DNA of 64,000 nucleotides, taken from Candidatus Bathyarchaeum sp. (GTDB taxonomy: Archaea > Thermoproteota > Bathyarchaeia > Bathyarchaeales > Bathyarchaeaceae). The notes beneath the pieces were generated by a model, which made no database searches, had not been told where the DNA came from, and saw nothing but the letters and a program-made list of their open reading frames with translations. The translations under genes and the position numbers were made by a program. Positions 24,281-33,100 of the stretch are shown here, in pieces. The first letter of the stretch is position 1. Every line of letters starts with the position of its first letter. Location of the stretch: the NCBI GenBank assembly GCA_026014565.1, contig JAOZIB010000026.1:13829-77828 (forward strand), read 5' to 3'.

Positions 24281-25772
24281 CAACAAAAAATTGTAGAGTT
24301 AAGAAAACTATTAACTTTCTTTGTTTTGAAACAAATTATTGCGAACTATTAGAATGAGTTGTGTAGGGTGCAGAAAAATTCAGAAAATAGTCTGTTTTTC
24401 AACATTGTACTTCTATTTGAATACTAATATGCTGCACAGAAGTATGAATCAGTTTAAAGACCATTTTCTTGTAAACGACAACAACAAAAACCTCAGCAAC
24501 AAACATTACGCAAATAAACACAAAAAAGACGTTAGTTAAAGTTTTTTGACTATTTGATAGTTGATTTTGGTCAAAGGTTTCTTGACAAAAATCCTCTTAT
24601 TTTCTCTAAATAGAGCAACTATTGGAGTTAGTTTTGGACAGAAGGAAACTCTTTGTTAGTTCTACGATAGATGCAATATTAGTCTTAACCCTTTTTCCAA
24701 GTATTTTTGGTGCTTTTGAAAATTGTAAAGCAAAAGATTTGGTTAAAAACCAAACTAACAAAATTAGTATCACACAGTTTTCAACATCAGAATTAAGAAC
24801 AGTGGAAAATTGCATAATTTTGAATCCCCCAGGAAATGTAAAAACTCAAAATTTTGGTATATTACGCCACAGGACTGACGGAAACCATTGTACTTTTTGA
24901 CGATGAAAACTCTACATCCGTGCCGATAGACATTATCCACAGTAGAGAAGAAAAAGAAATTTCTATCAAAGTAAAATGGACTTACGGTGCCAGGTGAACC
25001 AAGTTCTGCTACTATCAAAATAGGCGACTTAATGTTAGACCAAAAGTTTTTGTCGGCCTCAGAACATGAATTGATACGAAATAGTAGATTCTATTCTTCA
25101 ATGTTTAATCCAGTGTAATCTTTGCAGTATTTTGCTTTAGAAACTCCCCGCTTGTTGCATTCATTCTTAAAATTGTTCGGGCAATCCACAGTATTACAAG
25201 TTAAATCGTTTACCATTCTCAATCACTCAAAATAAACCTGAATCATTTCTTCTTAAAAAGTTTAAACCAAAAACAAAATGAAAAAACTAGAAAAAGCAAA
25301 TAAATATGAAAGGGAGATTTCTGATTGATGGATAACTTCATTTTAAATCTCTACTCAATTATTCAATCGATTAGAAATAAATTAAAGGGTTTTTCTCAGG
25401 AAACTTTGACAAAACATAACAGCAGAGGATCAGGAAAACTGACTGAATAAAGGTAGCCTCTCCACAAAAGATAACTTTAAGAAATCAACCACTCATCAAG
25501 GGGAATAATCGTAAAATAATTCACCAGTAACAAACAAGCTCTGATAAAGTTCTGAAGACAGCACATATCCAATTAGTCCCATTTTTATCCTTTTCTGCCC
25601 TTTACTTTGATTTCAAACCTAAACAAACCTATAACATAAACCCGTTTAGAACTCATTTAAAAAATAAGATTAGAAATCAAATATCCAAAAAACTATTTTT
25701 TCCTATTTTTTGCGGAATAAAAGTAATAACAGTTTTATGAGTAGTAACATAAAGATTACATGGAGACAAATC

Positions 25773-26180
25773 ATGACAAAGATTGTTCGTGTTGGGGTTA
25801 CTTTTCCTCCAGAATTATTAACAGAATTAGATGAAATCATTGATGACATTGGTTATGAAAGTCGGTCTAAGGCTATTCAGGACGCAGTGTCATTATTTGT
25901 AACCGAACAAAAAATACTGCACAAGCAAGAAGGAAAAAAAGCCGGAGTCCTTGTTATGGTCTACGACCACGATGTGAAAGGCTTAGAAGACGACCTAGTT
26001 GACTCACAACACCATCACCGTGACATAATAAACTCAGTTCTTCATGTCCACTTAAGCGACAACGAATGCCTCGAAGCAGTTGCAGTAAAAGGTAACGCAA
26101 AAGACATCCAAAAATTAGCCCAAGAACTCGCAACACGAAAAGGAGTAAAACAAGTCCGATCCACCATAGTCAGCGCATAA
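25773..26180 (+). CDS. nikR: Nickel-responsive regulator NikR (RHH + C-terminal metal-binding domain)
   Basis: The track ORF starts at 25710. The likely start is ATG 25773, with GGAG 8 nt upstream. The RHH N-terminus is RVGVTFPPELLTELDEII..YESRSKAIQDAV. The C-terminal domain has YDHD..QHHH..HVHL..CLE, a His/Cys pattern typical of NikR. Confidence 0.85.
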   Translation: MTKIVRVGVTFPPELLTELDEIIDDIGYESRSKAIQDAVSLFVTEQKILHKQEGKKAGVLVMVYDHDVKGLEDDLVDSQHHHRDIINSVLHVHLSDNECLEAVAVKGNAKDIQKLAQELATRKGVKQVRSTIVSA

Positions 26181-26304
26181 CACCAACAAGCGCCGGCAAT
26201 ATTTTTTCTGGTTTATTTTCTAAACGCAAGCCTCTTTAGTCAACAACACCAAGACCAATATATCAGCACAGAAAGTGCTGGCAGTCAAAAAGGTAGCAAC
26301 TAAA

Positions 26305-27162
26305 ATGGCAGCCCAAAATGTCCAGATAACTGTTTTAATTGAAAACACACAAAACCCAACAAACCCTAAACTGGAAGCCAAACACGGGCTTTCAATTTAT
26401 GTTACAGCAACAATCGATAACAACAATGTAACAGTACTAATGGACACTGGTTCCTCACCCCAAAAGCTTTTGCAAAACATCAAAGAATTAAAAATCAACT
26501 TAGAAGACGTTGATGCAATTGCCCTTAGCCATGGTCACTACGACCACACAGGAGGACTAATAGCAGTCCTTAAACAAATCAACAAACAAGTTCCCGTCAT
26601 TGGGCATCCAACTGTTTTTAGTCCTAAACTTAGCATGATGCCCCACTTGAGGCTAGTTGGAGCACCGTTCAGGTCTTGTGATGTAGAATCTGCCAATGGT
26701 GTGCCCCTGTTAGCAAGCAACCCGGTAAAGATTGCCAAGGGTATCACTACAACCGGTGAGGTCCCTCGAATAACAAGTTTTGAAAAAGTCAGAGGCTTTT
26801 GGGCAATCCACAAAGAAAACTTTGTTGACGACAAAATTCTAGATGACCAATCCTTGATCATTGAAGTTGAAAGCAAAGGCTTAGTTGTTTTAGCGGGTTG
26901 TGCCCATTCCGGCATAATTAACACTGTAAAGTATGCCCAAAAAATAACAGGAATCAGCAAAGTTTACGCTGTTTTTGGGGGTTTTCATCTCATAGGACCA
27001 AACGAAAGCAGAATTCAAGCAACAATAGATGAGTTAAAAGCCCTTGATCCTGCTGTTGTTGCTCCGTGTCATTGCACCGGCAAAACTGCAATCAAAAAAT
27101 TTGCTGAAGAATTCAAAGACCGTTTTGTCTCTGTTCACACTGGAACTGTCATCAAAATGTGA
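26305..27162 (+). CDS. Metallo-beta-lactamase fold protein (COG1237-like)
   Basis: ITVLIENT..KHGLSIYV..LMDTGSS..AIALSHGHYDHTGGL contains the HxHxDH motif. An alternative GTG start lies at 26275. Confidence 0.78.
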   Translation: MAAQNVQITVLIENTQNPTNPKLEAKHGLSIYVTATIDNNNVTVLMDTGSSPQKLLQNIKELKINLEDVDAIALSHGHYDHTGGLIAVLKQINKQVPVIGHPTVFSPKLSMMPHLRLVGAPFRSCDVESANGVPLLASNPVKIAKGITTTGEVPRITSFEKVRGFWAIHKENFVDDKILDDQSLIIEVESKGLVVLAGCAHSGIINTVKYAQKITGISKVYAVFGGFHLIGPNESRIQATIDELKALDPAVVAPCHCTGKTAIKKFAEEFKDRFVSVHTGTVIKM

Positions 27163-27232
27163 CATGACACATTTTTGAGGTAAAGGAACTTAAACAGCCA
27201 AAGGGTTTACGAGTCATAGAAAGTGGTTACAG

Positions 27233-27949
27233 TTGGACGTAAAAGGATTTGTTGACCTAAGTTTTGTGGATTGGGATGGCAAAGTTTCTTCTGTTCTGTT
27301 TTTGCCAAACTGCAATTTTCGTTGTCCTTTTTGCCACAATGTAAATCTTGTTCTTAATCCCGAAAGTATCGAAACTATTCCCTTTGAATACATAAACGAA
27401 CAACTAAAAAATCAGAAAGGCTGGATAGACGGAGTTTGCATAACCGGTGGAGAACCAACCCTTCACAGCGATTTGCCTGATTTGATTCCAAAAATAAAAC
27501 AGATGGGGTTTTTGGTTAAATTGGACACAAACGGAACTAACCCAGACACGCTCAAGGAGCTTCTGGACAAGAAGCTTTTAGACTATGTAGCTATGGACGT
27601 AAAAGCCCCCTTAACAGTTGAAAAATACTCCAAAGCAATTGGTGTGAATGCAAAAAAGCTGTTAGAAAAAGTTAAACAAAGCATCAGTCTCTTGATGAAT
27701 TCGGATACGGATTACGAATTTCGAACAACCGTTGTTCCCACACTGCACGATCCAGATGACATCAAACAAATATGCCATAGCCTAGAGGGGTGCAAAAAGT
27801 ATGTTCTACAAAAATTTGATGTGAATATTGGGCAAAGAGTTTTGGACCCAACATTTACAACAAAAACAATAACCAACGATGAAATGCAGAAATTTTTGGT
27901 TGCTGCAAAGGAAATAATTCCAAACACAAAAGCCCGCGGGCTAGTTTAA
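27233..27949 (+). CDS. Radical SAM activating enzyme, NrdG/PflA-like
   Basis: SFVDWDGKVSSVLFLPNCNFRCPFCHN carries the CxxxCxxC cluster motif, followed by GVCITGGEPT. TTG start. Confidence 0.78.
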   Translation: MDVKGFVDLSFVDWDGKVSSVLFLPNCNFRCPFCHNVNLVLNPESIETIPFEYINEQLKNQKGWIDGVCITGGEPTLHSDLPDLIPKIKQMGFLVKLDTNGTNPDTLKELLDKKLLDYVAMDVKAPLTVEKYSKAIGVNAKKLLEKVKQSISLLMNSDTDYEFRTTVVPTLHDPDDIKQICHSLEGCKKYVLQKFDVNIGQRVLDPTFTTKTITNDEMQKFLVAAKEIIPNTKARGLV

Positions 27950-28364
27950 AGCGATTGGATTACCAAAAACCATTTTTTCGTAATCGAAATAATTTCTTAT
28001 TAATTGGGTGAAACGATGTGCTCCCGTCGATGCCTGTACCACCCTACCCATATAAAGTCAAATTTTGGATATCTCGCTGTGAGATTGCGTCAATTTTGGG
28101 ATTTATGCGTGCAGAGCAGGTCTTTTCGACGAGAGCACAATAGTATCTAATGCAGTCAGAAACTAAAAGTTTGAAGACATTTCTACGTTTATTCACATTA
28201 ATTTTTGTTTCAACTTTTACAAAAACAGATTTTTCTTCATATAGAAACTAATCGCAGGGTACATCTCCACATATCATGCACAGACAAAAAACAACTAAAA
28301 TGTGCTTAAATGTAATTGATGCATTTTTTGAGTGATGAAAAGCAATTAAAAACTATTCAAAAAC

Positions 28365-28650
28365 TCATCCGTGATGTAAAGTGATGATGAATTTTGTGCA
28401 TTTTCCGTTGGTACTTTCAACTTTAATGCGGGCTCCATTGGCCTCAATGAACTTTTTACATATTGATAATCATAACCTTTGACCCTGAGTCTTTGTGGAA
28501 AAAAAGTTCAAAGATTTTGGCTAAACATCGAAAAAGAGTCATAACTAGTAATTTATCAAATATGCGAATTTGAAAACAGAATCCGCACCTGAAGAGGTTA
28601 TTAACACAAAAAATATGTTGTAGAGCATAAATAATAAATAAACAAACCAA
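28365..28650 (-). pseudogene. Degraded remnant of a histidine kinase C-terminus (HATPase_c)
   Basis: Minus-strand frame 28365-28469 reads LSICKKFIEANGARIKVESTNGKCTKFIITLHHG*. This resembles the G2-box/C-terminal strand pattern GLGLsI.k.ive.hgG.i.veS..g.Gt.F.f.L. It is preceded by an in-frame TGA where a Gly would be expected. A shifted frame upstream reads ..KIFELFFHKDSGSK, similar to the F-box region. There is no intact kinase ORF. Confidence 0.35.
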
Positions 28651-28695
28651 AAATTAACTCCCTAAATAAACTGGAACAAAACGTCTACAAGGCAA

Positions 28696-29664
28696 TTAGA
28701 TTAGTATCCAAGTAATGGTTAGCAAAGGAAACACAATCAACAGTGCAAACAACAAAGAGCACATCATCATCATTTGCAATGCTTTGTTTATGTGTTGGGG
28801 CGATAGATTATTTTTGTCGCCAATTATGTAATGACCGGGTTTTTCTAACTGAACGTTTAAGGCTCCCGCCATTGCCGATATTGTCCATCCAGCGTTAGGG
28901 CTTACGGTTATGTTTTTGTCTCTGCTCAAAATTTTGTAGGATTGCTTCCAGTCAAGTCGGAGAATAAATGCTGATGCTACCATCAAAAGGGCAGTTAATC
29001 GGGTAGGAATATAATTGACTAATGTGTCCATTGATGCCGAAAACCAACCAATGTTAATATGTTCTTCGTCCTTGTAACCCACCATTGAATCCAAGGTATT
29101 AATTACTCTAAACGCAACCGCTCCTGGAACACCAAACAAAGCAAAGTAAAAAAAAGGTGATGTAATTCCATCCGTGGTTCCTTCCGCTATTGTTTCAACT
29201 GCAGCAGAAATTATGTGACGGCTAGTTAGCTCCTTTGGGTTACGCCTAACGATAAAGGGTAAATACTTTTTAGCTGTTTCAAAATCGTTTTTTTCTACGG
29301 CTTCAGCAACCGGCAAAGTATACTGTTTCATGCACTTGATGGCAAAGGTTGTTTGTAACACAAAAGAAGAAACAATAACATAAACTAAACTACCAAACAA
29401 TTCTCGAGTCCAAAACAACCCAAAACAGGTAGGGCCCACAAATAACGCAAGAAGGCCTAAACAAAGAAAAACACCTTTTATTTTTTCAATTTGTGGGTTG
29501 TTGCTTCTAAGTTTGGGCTTAAGGCGCCCGGCAATTTGCCCCATCCATAATGTGGGATGAAATCTGTCTGGAACTTCACCAAAGATGACATCGATCAAAA
29601 AAGCTAAACAAAAAATCAGCAAAGAATCAAAAAGAAAAGAAACCGATCCCTCAAACATTTTCAT
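28696..29664 (-). CDS. cbiB: Adenosylcobinamide-phosphate synthase CbiB/CobD
   Basis: The N-terminus FGEVPDRFHPTLWMGQIA together with DSMVGYKDE, a multi-TM profile and a length of 322 aa fit CbiB. Confidence 0.88.
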   Translation of the reverse strand: MKMFEGSVSFLFDSLLIFCLAFLIDVIFGEVPDRFHPTLWMGQIAGRLKPKLRSNNPQIEKIKGVFLCLGLLALFVGPTCFGLFWTRELFGSLVYVIVSSFVLQTTFAIKCMKQYTLPVAEAVEKNDFETAKKYLPFIVRRNPKELTSRHIISAAVETIAEGTTDGITSPFFYFALFGVPGAVAFRVINTLDSMVGYKDEEHINIGWFSASMDTLVNYIPTRLTALLMVASAFILRLDWKQSYKILSRDKNITVSPNAGWTISAMAGALNVQLEKPGHYIIGDKNNLSPQHINKALQMMMMCSLLFALLIVFPLLTITWILI

Positions 29665-29842
29665 TCACTTTGTAGGTTCTACAAACAAGTTATTGATTGA
29701 TCCATCACGATATTTCTGGGATGATTTAGATATTTGATTTTCAGAAATTGGTCCATCATTGATTGTGTAGCAAAAATTGCTGTCCCATCATCGATTTTAT
29801 TGCACATAAGTTGTTTATCGGGCGAGTGTTTCGTATAAACAT

Positions 29843-29859
29843 TTGGATGGATAGTCCAA
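29843..29859. promoter_or_regulatory. Operator-like 17-bp near-palindrome TTGGATGGATAGTCCAA in the cbiB / cobN-2 divergent intergenic region
   Basis: Same 8-nt left arm (TTGGATGG) and same spacing as the sites at 22385 and 22658, with one mismatch in the right arm. On the cbiB (minus) side it directly abuts a TTTATA box. Confidence 0.45.
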
Positions 29860-29989
29860 CGATAATCTAGAGGTTATTGATGCAGGTTTATTGTTTCTTG
29901 TTTCTTGATTTGAGTGAAAATGGTATGTGGTCTAACAAACTCTGTGTTGTTTTTAGCAAATGTGCCCCCTTATTGCATTTAATAAACAG

Positions 29990-30021
29990 TCAACTTAAAC
30001 TCAACTCAAGTTAAGTCAACT
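29990..30021 (+). promoter_or_regulatory. Three TCAACT direct repeats (TCAACT-N5-TCAACT-N9-TCAACT) immediately upstream of a TTATAT box of cobN paralogue 2
   Basis: The sequence is GTCAACTTAAACTCAACTCAAGTTAAGTCAACTGTTATAT. The 11-nt periodic pair mirrors the element at 22432-22448. An ATCCA-N7-TGGAT everted repeat follows at 30046-30062. Confidence 0.4.
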
Positions 30022-30179
30022 GTTATATGTTGGGTCAGTTATTGCATCCACAATAGTTGGATTAACATTTGTTGAAAACGTCAATTGGAAACAAACTTTG
30101 AATAAATTTGACTTCCTGTGACGCAATGTTTTCTTCATTACAAATGTTTTTCAAAAGTTTAACTAAAGGAGGCACTTGA

Positions 30180-33100
30180 TTGACTCAACTTAAATTAGCT
30201 TTTGTTGCAACAATGATAACTGACACTGTACCATTGGTTTCTGCTGTTGAATCTGTGAACCAAAAATTTGGTAATGTAGTAAAGGTCAGGCTTCAAACGG
30301 GTATTGCAGACCAAGATTTTGATAACATGGAAGAGTTTATTGATTTTGCAAAAAACTCTCATGTAGCCATAGTGCACTTGATGGGAGAATTCCCCGCATA
30401 TGATCGGTTTGTGTCTACTCTCCAAGATGCAAAAGTTCCTTTGCTGATTGTTTCTCCAAACAAGAATCAACCAAGTGTATGCACTGTTGAACCCAAAGAT
30501 AAACAACAGGTAGTGAAGTATCTTCGATATAATGGGAAACAAAATTTTGAAAACCTTTTACTGTACTTGGCAAACCGTTTCACAGGCTCTAGCTATGAGG
30601 TTTGTCCACCTAAAAAAATACAATGGGAAGGCATTTATCATCCAGATTTTGAAGGCACAATCACATTACAGGAATATGAAACAAGAATCGCACCGGATAA
30701 GCCCACTGTAGGCATTTTGTTTCACACTACTCAGTTACGGGGCGAAAACACCAGTTTTGTTAACAGCTTAATAACCGCTGTTGAAGCCCACGGCGCTAAC
30801 GTTGTTACTGTTTCGTACATGAACAACATACAAAAAACAATCGAAACATGTTTCATGAAAAACGGCAAACCCATCATCGATGCAGTAGTAAGTGTTCTGT
30901 GTTTTTCGTTGACGTCTTCCAACACTAAAGCATCAGAAGCACTAACCAAGTTAAATGTGCCTGTCATAAAAGCGATAACAACCGTGAACAGTTTTGAAAA
31001 CTGGCAAGAAGACATGCAAGGACTAAACTTTATGGACATTCCAGCAAGCGTAGTAATGCCTGAATTTGACGGATTTCTAATAACAGTGCCCATGGCAGCA
31101 ATGGATTACAACAAAATCAACTCTTTGACAGGGACTAAAATATTACAATTTGAACCGATTCCCGAAAGAGTGGACAAAGTCGCTCGATTAGGCGTTAACT
31201 GGGCAAAACTAAAGAGCATTCCAAACAGCAAACGAAAAGTTGCCATAATTTTTCATAATTATCCTCCCAGAAACGACACCATCGGCAAAGCTTTCGCAAT
31301 TGATACGCCTGTTTCTATTTTGAATCTGTTAACTGATATGAAAAATGTAGGTTATACGTTAGACAGCATTCCAGAAAGTGGACAAGAACTAATCGATGGC
31401 ATAATTAATGGTCTAACTAATGACCTTAGGTGGTTAAGCACTGAAGAGCTTGCAAAACGCGCAGTTGGCAAGACGTCAACTAAACAGTATACTGAATGGT
31501 TTAACGAGTTGCCCTCGGATGCAAAGCAAACAATGCAAAATAAGTGGGGGAAACCTCCAGGTAAGCTGTTCAGTTATCAAAATAATTTGATTGTTCCGGG
31601 AATATTAAACGGCAATGTGTTCTTGGGGCTTCAACCTTCAAGGGGACCGTTGGGGGATGATTCAGAAAGCTATCACAGCCCTGACCTTTCTTTGTCTCAC
31701 CACTATTACGGATATTACCGCTGGATTCGTAATGTGTTCAAAGCAGACGTAGTCATTCACGTTGGAACCCATGGAAGTTTAGAATGGTTACCCGGCAAAT
31801 CTGTGGGGCTATCTGCATCGTGTTTTCCGGATGCAACAATATCCGATTTACCCAACGTGTACCCATACGTTATCACAAATCCAGGAGAGGGAACTCAAGC
31901 TAAACGGCGAAGCTATTGTTGCATTGTTGATTATTTGATTCCAGTGATGCACAACGCTGACTCATACGAAGAAACAGCAGAACTTGAAGTTCAACTGCAG
32001 GATTATTATCACGCAAAACTTGCAGACAAAGAAAAGGTACCTGTTTTACAAAAAGTGATTTGGGAAACCGTTGTTTCAGGTAAGCTGGACAAAGACCTTG
32101 AAGTAACCAAAAAAAGTGCTTTTGCTGATTTTGATGAGTTCCTAGAAACTTTACATGCTTATTTGCATGATTTGGCAGATGCTCAACTTCGTGATGGGTT
32201 ACATACTCTTGGTCAACCCCCTACGGATGAGAGGTTAGAAGAGTTTTTGGTAACTTTAACCCGATTAAGCAACGGTTCAGCACCTTCTTTGCGACAGTCT
32301 CTTGCTGAATTGAAAGGGTATGATTACGAAGATTTACTTGCCAACAAGGGAAAACTGCGCTCTGACGGCAAAACAAATGGTGATGTAATCAAAGAAATGA
32401 ACGGTATAGCATTAGAACTGATGAAACAATTTAATGCCAACGGCTTTGAGGAAACAAAAATTGATGACATTATGCAACAAATTCTTGGATGTTGTAGTCC
32501 CAAAGTTAAGGAGTGTCTAGTTTATGTGGCCAATTTTTTGGTGCCTTGCTTGGAAAAAACCACAGATGAATTAGGCAATGTTATGTCGGCGTTTGAGGGA
32601 GGTTATGTTCCTCCGGGTCCGTCAGGTTCCATAACAAGGGGCATGGCAGATATTTTGCCAACGGGTAAAAACTTTTATTCTATCGATCCTCGGGCGGTTC
32701 CTTCTCCAGCTTCGTGGCGCGTGGGCATTGCCTTGGCTGAGGGTTTGTTGGAGCGTTACTTGAAAGAAGAAGGCAGCTACCCTGAAAGCGTTGGAACTAT
32801 CCTATGGGCTACGGACACCATGAAAACCAAAGGCGACGACTTGGCAGAAATTTTGTATTTGATGGGAGTAAAGCCAATTTGGGAAGAATCCAGCGGACGT
32901 GTAGTAGGGGTTGAGGCCATTCCCCTTGAAGAGCTGAACCGTCCCCGCGTTGATGTTACTGTTCGGATTAGTGGCTTGTTCAGGGATACTTTTCCTAACA
33001 TTGTTCATCTTCTTGATGATGCGGTCGCTTTGGTTGCGGGTCTTGATGAGGGTTCTGACAAGAATTTTGTTCGTAAACATGTTGAAAACGAAGTAAGTGA

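Noticed and set aside
28381-28390. GTGATGATGA, a perfect box C-like sequence suggesting a C/D sRNA
   Set aside because: There is no CUGA D box or terminal stem within 50-80 nt on that strand. The sequence lies inside the minus-strand histidine-kinase remnant (codons ..FIITL..), which explains it.
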